A DNA stretch of 64,000 bases, from positions 19,936 through 83,935 of IMG/VR virus record IMGVR_UViG_3300021138_002231. The stretch is one strand, 5' to 3'. Below are positions 56,336 through 64,000 of this stretch, piece after piece. The notes beneath the pieces were generated by a model that saw only the letters and a program-made list of their open reading frames with translations, searched no databases and was not told where the DNA came from. The translations under genes were made by a program, and so were the position numbers. Source of the stretch: a virus. Position 1 is the first letter of the stretch; every line of letters begins with the position of its first letter.

Positions 56336-59300
56336 TTACAATAATGGAATTGGATTACATGTTTGACTTCCATAGATAACTCTTCTTACTTGTAAGTTTG
56401 ATTTGCTGTCCTTGTAATAGACGAATAAATTTCCCTGATACCCAGATTGATTGCTGATAAACAATCCAACTCTTTGTTTCGGAATGTCTAATTCTTGACT
56501 TTGATCTGGAACAATTAAATAACCAGAAGTTTTCATTGCCGCGAAATATGGGTTAGATGGATTTGAACTATCTCCAAAATTATTATTTCCTGCAACAAAT
56601 TGAACATAATCATTCATGGCACCCAAGCCTTGAATATAATCTGTTACTGTAGTAACAAAAACTTTTCCACCACACCAAAATGCACAAAATGTTTTATTTA
56701 AATAGTGATCATATTGTAAATTAATTCCACTTATGGCTATATTTGTAGATGCTATAGTGCCTTTTCTAAAATTAACTATAACATAAGCATCACCAAATGT
56801 ACTTCCGTTAAATTGCCTTGCATACAATAATCCATCTTGTCCTTGTATTGTGTATCCCACTGTTACAATACCATTTTTATTCACGCATAATCCAGGGAAA
56901 GTATTTACGGCATTGCCACTTAATGATCCGAATGGCACTATGGGATTATTATCTGGAATATTTTCTACATTTTTATTTCCATCAACGATATACAAATTTC
57001 CAGGCGCTATATTTCCATTGGAAGGAACAATATTTAAATTTGTTAACTTCAAAATAATAGTTCCTGGTTGAGCATATCCAACAATATATAATATATTTCC
57101 ATTATTAGAAATACATGTTGATATATTTGATAATCCTTGTGTTAATCTGTTTAAATTAACTCCGAACTCAGTATCTAAAAATGTACTATTTGCATTTGAC
57201 CATCTATTTGTCTCTCCATTATATGCATTAACAGCAGTATTAATGGACGGACTAGTATTTTCATCAACTTGTGCTGTTATAGAAAGTAAACTATTAGCTT
57301 TCTGATTTGATTTTGAAAAAGATGTAAAGATCAAATTGGGATTTTTACCCTGCATATATGATGTATTATTACCATTGATTCCACTAATTAATTCATTTTG
57401 AATCACAGGAGAATAATGCATGGGTTGTTTGTAATATCTGATATTAGATATGTTAGAGTTTGTAGATGATATTTCATGGGCTACAACATGAATGTTTTTA
57501 GAAATTTTGTGTTGTGCAGCAGAAATTGAAAACTCTTTTGATGTCACACCAGTTGCTGGAACTGTTCGAAACCATATACTTGATCCAGAATATCCTTGTG
57601 CCCCAAATTTAACTTCCATATTGGAAGGTAAATCAACAAACCATGAAGGCGAATACAAACACCCAGAAATATATAAACCTGGATTTTGAGATACAATTTG
57701 AGTGTTTGTCAAATCACTTGCTGCATGGAACCAAAACATTTGACTATCTAAGGCATTTGCGGGAACTAATGGTAAATCTTCATAAAATGCTGGAGAACCC
57801 AAGACTGAATCATTTTGAGAAATATTAAAACTATACAGTGTGTGCAATTGTAAAGTCAAACTATCAATACGAACACCAAATGGTTTATTTTCTTTTTTAA
57901 GATTATCTTGAATAGTGTTAATATCAAGAATTTTACCGTTTGCAGAATATGGATATGCATATACTCGAATAATGAGTTGCTGACTCGTACTGGACATAAG
58001 AAATGGTATTTGAATATTTAAATTATAAGACACATCACCTCCATTACTTTCTAATAAAGACGATCTAAAAATTCTTTCCATGACTAAGCCGTCAATTGAC
58101 ACTAACATTGCATCGAATCTATATTTACAGGCAATTAAACTTGTATCGCTACCAGTATTAATCGTCATGTCAATTGACCATGTTCCCGTTTGAACTTTAC
58201 CATAATTAAAGGATGAAACATTAGTGCAAAAATCAGCAATTAAAGGATTTCCCAAATCGATAGTTTGTGGAATAGACACATCGTAAGGTATGTAAAACTT
58301 GCCAGATGTGGCTGGAGCTGATTGTAAAGTTGCTAAACCTTCAAAAGAATTTGTAACAATGTTTTGGCCTGTATTAGATTGAAAAATACTATTATATTTT
58401 ACGTAACCCGTTGTATCAGGCGTTAGCACATTGCCCCCGTTTTCGTAATAAGTTGCAGTTAATGGCTGTGCTATTTGGGTGTAGTGGCTTGAATTAAAGT
58501 TATTCGCTTTAACTGGGTATATGCCGCCTGCATTATTATAGGATATTACCTGCGTTAACATAGTAGATGTATTCATATAATTACTATCTATGTTTAATTT
58601 AAATTGAGGCCAGTTAACACTTAAATTATTAATATTTGGCAGTGTTCCATTGTCAGTAAGATTTAATACACTATTCTGATAAATGCCTACTACTAAACGA
58701 CCTCTTTTACCATTAAAAGGCAATGTTAAATTTAATGTATTATTGACATATCTGACTAGATTTAAATAAGATTGAGTATTTGGTAGCGGCGGAGACACCA
58801 AACATTCCGACAAATCGTTTGGTGTTCCCTGAATCAAACTTGTAGTATTATCTGCATTTAACTTGAAATATATTTCTGTTAGATTTCGATAATAATGAGG
58901 ATTATTCATATCTATCGTATAATCTTCAGGAACAAACCAAAATCTGGCATATAAATGTGATGTTGCATAATTACTAGGGTCAATTGAAGCAGCATTAAAA
59001 GATACAGACCAAGGTCCAGGTTCTAATACAACAGGAGATGCATATGGATTAGTGTCGTCTGTACTATAAAATAAAGCTATTGGATTGCTATTTAAAGGAT
59101 TAATATTAACTTGAATTCTTCGTGTAATTGTGCTAATATTTGGTAACATAGATGCTGTAGACACATCCAATAATTTTAAACTATTATTTTCAGTATAAAT
59201 TTGTCCTCTATAAGCAGTACTATTATATTGAGTTCCATCTTTAAGAATTTGAATAATTCTATACCAATCATTAACAGTTCCAGATGTATCCCAGTATAAG

Positions 59301-60610
59301 AAAGGGCTTACCCAAGGTCCATTATTTGTAAAACCAGGCGGATTTGTCACAATATAAGTATTGTTTGTTAAATCTGTCCATGTCGCACTATTAGAAGGAG
59401 GGTTTGCTCCTGGAGTATTAGATTTTTGTATTTTAATAGATGTAACATCACTTCTTAAACTATAATAATCTAAAGGAATTGCCATTCCTTTAAGCAAATT
59501 TGTGGGAGATGATGTCATAGAATATGTAACTGTTCTCTGTGAAGGAGATGGCCCAGTAAAAATAACGAAATAGGTATTACCATCTAAAATATTCCCAATT
59601 ATATCTGTTGCTACAGGAGCGGCAATAACTAAAAATCTTAATGATAAAGAATGAGCAAACCCTGGCGATCCAGTTAGACTATCAGGGTTAAATACTTTAA
59701 CATGAATATTTGGTTTTGTCCCAGACGTTGGTGTAACAGGATTGCCTGATGGATCGTAATAATATGCCACTGGCATAGCATAACCCAACAATGAACAAGG
59801 CAATTGATTACTTCTAATATTAACGCCAGAGGCATTAAAAATCATCATTTTATATAAAGAAAAAGTTAAAGAACTTAATTGATATCTATTAACAAATTTA
59901 ATAGTCTTAAGTATTGGGAATGATGATGCAGAAGATGATGAAGTTATATCTGCAAATTTAACAGTCACAGTAACTTTTGCATACACATTGGTATTTTGTA
60001 AATAATCAGTAACAGACAATCTTAAAAATACATTATCTGACCCTGGTGTTGGATATTCTACTGTCTTACCAGAATTATCCGTGCCTAATATCTGCATAAA
60101 CATATATTTGGACCAATCTATATTCAAATTGCCAGTAGGTTTTTTTTGATATGCTAATAAAGCATTGTAATCATCGCTGCCCTGTTCCATGTGTTGCAGT
60201 ATATTCTCGTCTGTTGCATCAATTATCAAATTGTAAGTAAAAGTTATTGCAGAAATATGAACAGGTGTTTTAATGTCTACTTGCCAGAAAAAATCACTAC
60301 CAGTAACAATACAAGGATCAGTCGGTGTTGAAGCTAAAACATTGGCTGGATCAGCTAATGGTCGAAATGCTGCTAAAATAGGCCAATTTTCTGAGCCTGT
60401 AATACTTTGTAAAGAACCGCCATATGAAATTTGTACGGTTCCATTTGTGTGACCGTTAATAACAGGAATATCATTTCTAAATTTTCCACGTTCAATATCT
60501 GTTGTCAAGTATCCAACGGGCGTTTCGCCGCCAGTAGGTGGTGTTGAGGGCACCCATTGATAATTACCAATAGGTGGTTTATTAGGTGGATTCTGATAAG
60601 GATTAGGCAT
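56336..60610 (-). CDS. Large beta-rich virion-like protein (1424 aa)
   Basis: N/S/T/P-rich composition like the neighbouring structural proteins. Propeller-like C-terminus. Confidence 0.6.
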   Translation of the reverse strand: MPNPYQNPPNKPPIGNYQWVPSTPPTGGETPVGYLTTDIERGKFRNDIPVINGHTNGTVQISYGGSLQSITGSENWPILAAFRPLADPANVLASTPTDPCIVTGSDFFWQVDIKTPVHISAITFTYNLIIDATDENILQHMEQGSDDYNALLAYQKKPTGNLNIDWSKYMFMQILGTDNSGKTVEYPTPGSDNVFLRLSVTDYLQNTNVYAKVTVTVKFADITSSSSASSFPILKTIKFVNRYQLSSLTFSLYKMMIFNASGVNIRSNQLPCSLLGYAMPVAYYYDPSGNPVTPTSGTKPNIHVKVFNPDSLTGSPGFAHSLSLRFLVIAAPVATDIIGNILDGNTYFVIFTGPSPSQRTVTYSMTSSPTNLLKGMAIPLDYYSLRSDVTSIKIQKSNTPGANPPSNSATWTDLTNNTYIVTNPPGFTNNGPWVSPFLYWDTSGTVNDWYRIIQILKDGTQYNSTAYRGQIYTENNSLKLLDVSTASMLPNISTITRRIQVNINPLNSNPIALFYSTDDTNPYASPVVLEPGPWSVSFNAASIDPSNYATSHLYARFWFVPEDYTIDMNNPHYYRNLTEIYFKLNADNTTSLIQGTPNDLSECLVSPPLPNTQSYLNLVRYVNNTLNLTLPFNGKRGRLVVGIYQNSVLNLTDNGTLPNINNLSVNWPQFKLNIDSNYMNTSTMLTQVISYNNAGGIYPVKANNFNSSHYTQIAQPLTATYYENGGNVLTPDTTGYVKYNSIFQSNTGQNIVTNSFEGLATLQSAPATSGKFYIPYDVSIPQTIDLGNPLIADFCTNVSSFNYGKVQTGTWSIDMTINTGSDTSLIACKYRFDAMLVSIDGLVMERIFRSSLLESNGGDVSYNLNIQIPFLMSSTSQQLIIRVYAYPYSANGKILDINTIQDNLKKENKPFGVRIDSLTLQLHTLYSFNISQNDSVLGSPAFYEDLPLVPANALDSQMFWFHAASDLTNTQIVSQNPGLYISGCLYSPSWFVDLPSNMEVKFGAQGYSGSSIWFRTVPATGVTSKEFSISAAQHKISKNIHVVAHEISSTNSNISNIRYYKQPMHYSPVIQNELISGINGNNTSYMQGKNPNLIFTSFSKSNQKANSLLSITAQVDENTSPSINTAVNAYNGETNRWSNANSTFLDTEFGVNLNRLTQGLSNISTCISNNGNILYIVGYAQPGTIILKLTNLNIVPSNGNIAPGNLYIVDGNKNVENIPDNNPIVPFGSLSGNAVNTFPGLCVNKNGIVTVGYTIQGQDGLLYARQFNGSTFGDAYVIVNFRKGTIASTNIAISGINLQYDHYLNKTFCAFWCGGKVFVTTVTDYIQGLGAMNDYVQFVAGNNNFGDSSNPSNPYFAAMKTSGYLIVPDQSQELDIPKQRVGLFISNQSGYQGNLFVYYKDSKSNLQVRRVIYGSQTCNPIPLL

Positions 60611-60611
60611 G

Positions 60612-61520
60612 TTATGAATTTAAAAACTTTTCAAAAGACTTTTTAATTACTTTTGAAGTAACTTGAGTTATTTCTTGTGTTGATTTTTCAATTTTTGAGT
60701 CAATTTTTTGATCGGTTTTCCTCTCATTTTCTTGATTCATTAATACAATATCAACTTCATCATTCTTGTTATATTTGATATTTCCAAATGATTCTAATAA
60801 TTTTTCTGTATCGTTTATATCGGGAATTTGATTTAAATTATTTTGAACAAGATATTCACGAATTCTTTTTTCTGCGCGTTGAATTCTAATTTTCTTAGTT
60901 TCATTGTTATTGTCATTAATTTTATTAAATGAAGCGCTGGTGAGAACTTCCTCATTATCTGATTCGTTATCGTCTGATGATTTTAAATTATTATCTACAT
61001 TAACTTGAGTAGATATTTTTTTAGATTGATTAGTATTATTAAATTTTACTCCTAAATGTTGAGCAAACATACGAGATTCTTTATCTAACAAAGATACATC
61101 TTCGTATTTATATTCATTGTCCCCAATTAATATATCTTCTTGGTTAAGTTCTTCTAAATTTTTATATCTTTTTTGATTTTGTGGATATAAACGATTACTA
61201 TTTGAATTGGCAAAGTTATCAAATAGAGGATCAGAGGCTCTTTGAATATTATAATCATCAAAATTCATTGGTGAATATCTTTTACTAATTTTTGTAGGTA
61301 GTTGTGATTGTGCAGCTTCTTTAATGGGTTTAATACCAAAATTTTTGGTATCACCAGCCGTATAATAAGAAACAGATAATGCTTGACCTCTTACTTGACT
61401 CATGTTGGATATATTTTGCAAAGGCTCCTCTAAATTAATTTTTTTAGGAGAAACAAATGTGCCTGAATCGTTTAAAAATATTTCAGAAGCATTTAAAAAA
61501 TTTTCATTCAATTTATCCAT
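60612..61520 (-). CDS. Hypothetical protein (302 aa, N/K/E/D-rich)
   Basis: Long ORF, 1 nt from the downstream gene. Confidence 0.8.
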   Translation of the reverse strand: MDKLNENFLNASEIFLNDSGTFVSPKKINLEEPLQNISNMSQVRGQALSVSYYTAGDTKNFGIKPIKEAAQSQLPTKISKRYSPMNFDDYNIQRASDPLFDNFANSNSNRLYPQNQKRYKNLEELNQEDILIGDNEYKYEDVSLLDKESRMFAQHLGVKFNNTNQSKKISTQVNVDNNLKSSDDNESDNEEVLTSASFNKINDNNNETKKIRIQRAEKRIREYLVQNNLNQIPDINDTEKLLESFGNIKYNKNDEVDIVLMNQENERKTDQKIDSKIEKSTQEITQVTSKVIKKSFEKFLNS

Positions 61521-61539
61521 TATGTTTAACCGTTATACA

Positions 61540-63645
61540 TTAGTTAAAATTTGATGGATTAACTTTTTTCTTAAGACGCTTCTTAATTCTTTTATGAGTT
61601 GTTGAAGGCTTACCGCGATATTGATCTGGATTTTCTGAAATATTGCCCCAGTCTGGACTTCCAGGGGTTTTCTGATAAAGATCATTCCAATAATCTCTAT
61701 ATTTTTTATCAGCTTCACGATCTGTTTCTTCGTCAACTTCTTCCTCAATGATTCTTTCGGATTTATCAAGAGTTTGTGCAAGTCTTAACATGCTTAATTC
61801 ATATTCACTTGAAGCATTGATGGCATTAATGCCCGAACTCATAGATGCATTACCGCCACTAAGCGCTCCAACCGTAGCCAGTTTATCCGTTTTAGTAACA
61901 TATAATTTTTTAGCTTCATTAGCCTGAAGCATTGCATTACTGTGAAGATTTTGAGCAAGCCCTTCATCATTTTTAATTTTTTGTGATATATCATTTAATT
62001 TTCTTGCCGCCTGTATATGTAAAGCAATCATAGAATCCATAACAGGAAAATATGAATTTATCACATTCATTACACCAATGTTACCAAATTTGCTACTTAA
62101 ATTAAAACTTTCTTCTAAATTAGCTTTGTAAGGCTCTAACAATGCTAATTTCATTAATATTGGACTAATTGTTTCTAATAAAAATGCATTATTTTTCATT
62201 TGTGCAATTTCTACGTTCCAAGACTTAATGCTTTCCATCAAAGTGCTAAGTTGAGCGGAAAATGGTATGTTGCGATTGGTTGCACGAGTTAAAAGCTCTT
62301 CTGAATATTGGCTGGCATCTTTTTCTAAATTTATAGACGCATTCAATAAATTAATGCTTTCTTTTTGTGCTTTAGTCAAAATATCAGATACTTCTTTAAG
62401 TTGTTCATGTAAAACATCGGGCGTAAGTAAAGATTTTCCAGCATTTATATTAGAAATATCTTGTGTTCCAAGCATTGTTTGAATTTCTTTATATTTAGTT
62501 TCTGCTTGTTCCTTAGTAAATTTATATGCATCCGCAATCGTATTTAAACCCTGCAAAATACGATTGACACCTTCAAAATCTGAAGTATTAGCGATGCTTT
62601 GTCCTTGTGTAATTGCTTGTTGATTGGTATTAATTGTGTTAACATCAGTAGGATTAACAGGCCAATTAGCATTTGTATTAGTATTAGCATCAGGTGCATT
62701 AAAATCAGGAGAAGCCATAACAATATTCTTTTTATAAGCTGACGATGTTCTACCGCTTAATGGTGAAACAACATCAGGGGTTTTGGTAGCTTGTGGCGCT
62801 TGCGCTAAACCAAAATTTCTTCTTATTAAATTCATTTTTTCAATAGCATTTGAAGCAGCTTGAATATTTGAATATAATTTACCCATTAATCCCTGCCATG
62901 CTTCAGGTAAATTACTTATTTCACTTTGATACATTCTAGCAAGGTCTTTTTTGGCATTTGCCGCGATAAGGCTTTGATATTCAGCACTTTTAAGGATTAA
63001 TTCAATTTGCTTTTGTTGCGCTTTAAGTTTTTGATCTAAATATGGCTCAAAGTTTTGCAGTTCAGCTATATCACCTGTTACTATAGCGTTAATTACAGCG
63101 TCTAACTTTAATGATTTGGCAAAATTTTCTTGTTTTAATCCTGTTAACACAAATTTTGCCAATGCATAATCATTAGCAAATGGTTGACCTAATGCTGCTC
63201 TTCTCGCTATGACAAAGATAGTGCCCCCTGGCAACGAACGTGATAGTTCTGTTAAATATCCAAGACATGTTGATGTCTGTTTAAGATCATGAGTTTTTTT
63301 GAATAAAATTAATGATGTATCAAATACATCTTGCAAATTAGAGTTTGTACTTAATGCGATAAAGCCTAAATTTCCAAGAAAATTATAAAAATCTTTATTT
63401 AATGGCGCATTCGCATTTTCAAATGCTGTAGTCATTTGATCAAATTCTTCAGGAGTAACACCTGCGGCTTCTAAAGCTTGTAATGCATTCTGTTTATCCT
63501 GCGCAGTAGGCACAGCCACATCGTCAATCATTGTATTAGGCTGAAAGTTTTCAACTTTTTTAATGACTCCCTGTGCTGCTGCAAGACCAGATGCTGCGAG
63601 GTCTGCCGTGTCTTCTGATACAACCTGTTTATAAATTCTATTCAC
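61540..63645 (-). CDS. Helical hypothetical protein (701 aa), candidate internal head protein
   Basis: GTG start with SD GGAG. A/Q/N-rich helices, N-terminal YKQVVSE motif and a basic C-terminus. Confidence 0.7.
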   Translation of the reverse strand: MNRIYKQVVSEDTADLAASGLAAAQGVIKKVENFQPNTMIDDVAVPTAQDKQNALQALEAAGVTPEEFDQMTTAFENANAPLNKDFYNFLGNLGFIALSTNSNLQDVFDTSLILFKKTHDLKQTSTCLGYLTELSRSLPGGTIFVIARRAALGQPFANDYALAKFVLTGLKQENFAKSLKLDAVINAIVTGDIAELQNFEPYLDQKLKAQQKQIELILKSAEYQSLIAANAKKDLARMYQSEISNLPEAWQGLMGKLYSNIQAASNAIEKMNLIRRNFGLAQAPQATKTPDVVSPLSGRTSSAYKKNIVMASPDFNAPDANTNTNANWPVNPTDVNTINTNQQAITQGQSIANTSDFEGVNRILQGLNTIADAYKFTKEQAETKYKEIQTMLGTQDISNINAGKSLLTPDVLHEQLKEVSDILTKAQKESINLLNASINLEKDASQYSEELLTRATNRNIPFSAQLSTLMESIKSWNVEIAQMKNNAFLLETISPILMKLALLEPYKANLEESFNLSSKFGNIGVMNVINSYFPVMDSMIALHIQAARKLNDISQKIKNDEGLAQNLHSNAMLQANEAKKLYVTKTDKLATVGALSGGNASMSSGINAINASSEYELSMLRLAQTLDKSERIIEEEVDEETDREADKKYRDYWNDLYQKTPGSPDWGNISENPDQYRGKPSTTHKRIKKRLKKKVNPSNFN

Positions 63646-63667
63646 GATTATACTCCGTATAAGATAT

Positions 63668-63695
63668 AATTCTATTTGATTATCTTATATTCCTT
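63668..63695 (-). promoter_or_regulatory. AAGG-N19-GAATT promoter-like motif
   Basis: Minus strand AAGGAATATAAGATAATCAAATAGAATT. Confidence 0.65.
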
Positions 63696-63715
63696 TTAAA
63701 ATCATTCTAATAACT

Positions 63716-63808
63716 GTGAACTGTCCTAACCATAAAGGTTGGAGTTTACTTTTCATAGTCATTAATAAACTAACAACTCCAAAGGTGTTGATTCGGGCTG
63801 TTACAACC
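63716..63808 (-). mobile_element. Right end / omegaRNA remnant of an IS200/IS605-family tnpB element
   Basis: Minus strand GGTTGTAACAGCCCGAATCAACACCTTTGGAG...CCAACC-TTTAT-GGTTAG hairpin...GTTCAC terminus. Confidence 0.6.
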
Positions 63809-64000
63809 GTTCTCTAAAACTTACTGAAATCTACATTCGCAAATTTCATGTTTAGTTGACACTTCACCGACACTCACCTGAACTACAAGTAGTTCATGAA
63901 CCTTAGCATCTCCATATCCGTTAATTCCTGCGGAACTCGCAGTATAATTCTTCAAATTTACAGAGGCATTATAGTCTCTGTTTTTCTGTGACCCACAAGA
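63807..64000 (-). mobile_element. Right end of a second IS607-type tnpB element (continues beyond the window)
   Basis: Ends GTAAGTTTTAGAGAACGG, resembling the 6891-6908 end. omegaRNA-like hairpins CTGCG/CGCAG and GAACTAC/GTAGTTC. Confidence 0.7.
63821..64000 (-). CDS. tnpB: TnpB C-terminal 59 aa (partial, not in the ORF track)
   Basis: Translates SCGSQKNRDYNASVNLKNY... (end of Zn ribbon plus RuvC-III RD.NA..NL). Confidence 0.8.
   Translation of the reverse strand, partial: SCGSQKNRDYNASVNLKNYTASSAGINGYGDAKVHELLVVQVSVGEVSTKHEICECRFQ

Noticed and set aside
20520-60610. Bacterial adhesin/S-layer island, or diversity-generating retroelement targets
   Set aside because: No signal peptides, secretion genes or anchors, while phage tail-fibre motifs are present. 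No reverse transcriptase or TR/VR pair was seen by eye.
2303-62482. Many 60-130 aa ORFs in the track that lie antisense or off-frame within long genes
   Set aside because: Fully nested in well-supported CDSs, with no RBS or motifs. Treated as shadow ORFs.
1-64000. Stop-codon recoding
   Set aside because: Standard code gives near-complete coverage, and TAA, TAG and TGA all end apparently full-length genes.
1-64000. tRNA, rRNA or tmRNA genes near the CCA enzyme
   Set aside because: No cloverleaf or T-loop signature recognised in any intergenic gap. tRNAscan-SE would be needed to be sure.

Overview
AT-rich (about 30% GC by eye), densely coding window that reads as part of a jumbo/huge tailed-phage genome in the standard genetic code. 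The phage call is inferred from gene content. The + strand (1-7452) carries a partial gyrB, gyrA, two paralogous 312-aa tail-tube-like genes, a tnpB-only IS607-type element and a degenerate DUF151 nuclease. The - strand (7449-64000) carries a PD-(D/E)xK nuclease-domain protein, MerC-like, RNase HII, DnaK, SF2 helicase, DnaJ, three different proteases, about 40 kb of giant virion/tail-like genes (up to 3278 aa), an unusual CCA-adding/HD enzyme and a nested pair of tnpB element ends. Best leads: (1) a recurrent AAGG-N18-20-G(A/T)A(T/A) promoter heading genes whose products carry a T4-capsid-targeting-like N-terminal motif (Y-[RK]-x-hydrophobic-hydrophobic-[AS]-E), suggesting a CCA-adding enzyme and a nuclease are packaged in the virion. 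(2) Hairpins that would sequester the ribosome-binding sites of two nuclease genes in read-through transcripts. (3) A 147-aa in-frame insertion in the CCA enzyme HD motif that looks like the antisense strand of a decayed HNH gene. (4) TnpB elements whose guides point at their own left end or at another TnpB's omegaRNA. No tRNA, rRNA or CRISPR array was recognised. All family calls come from motif recognition, not database searches.
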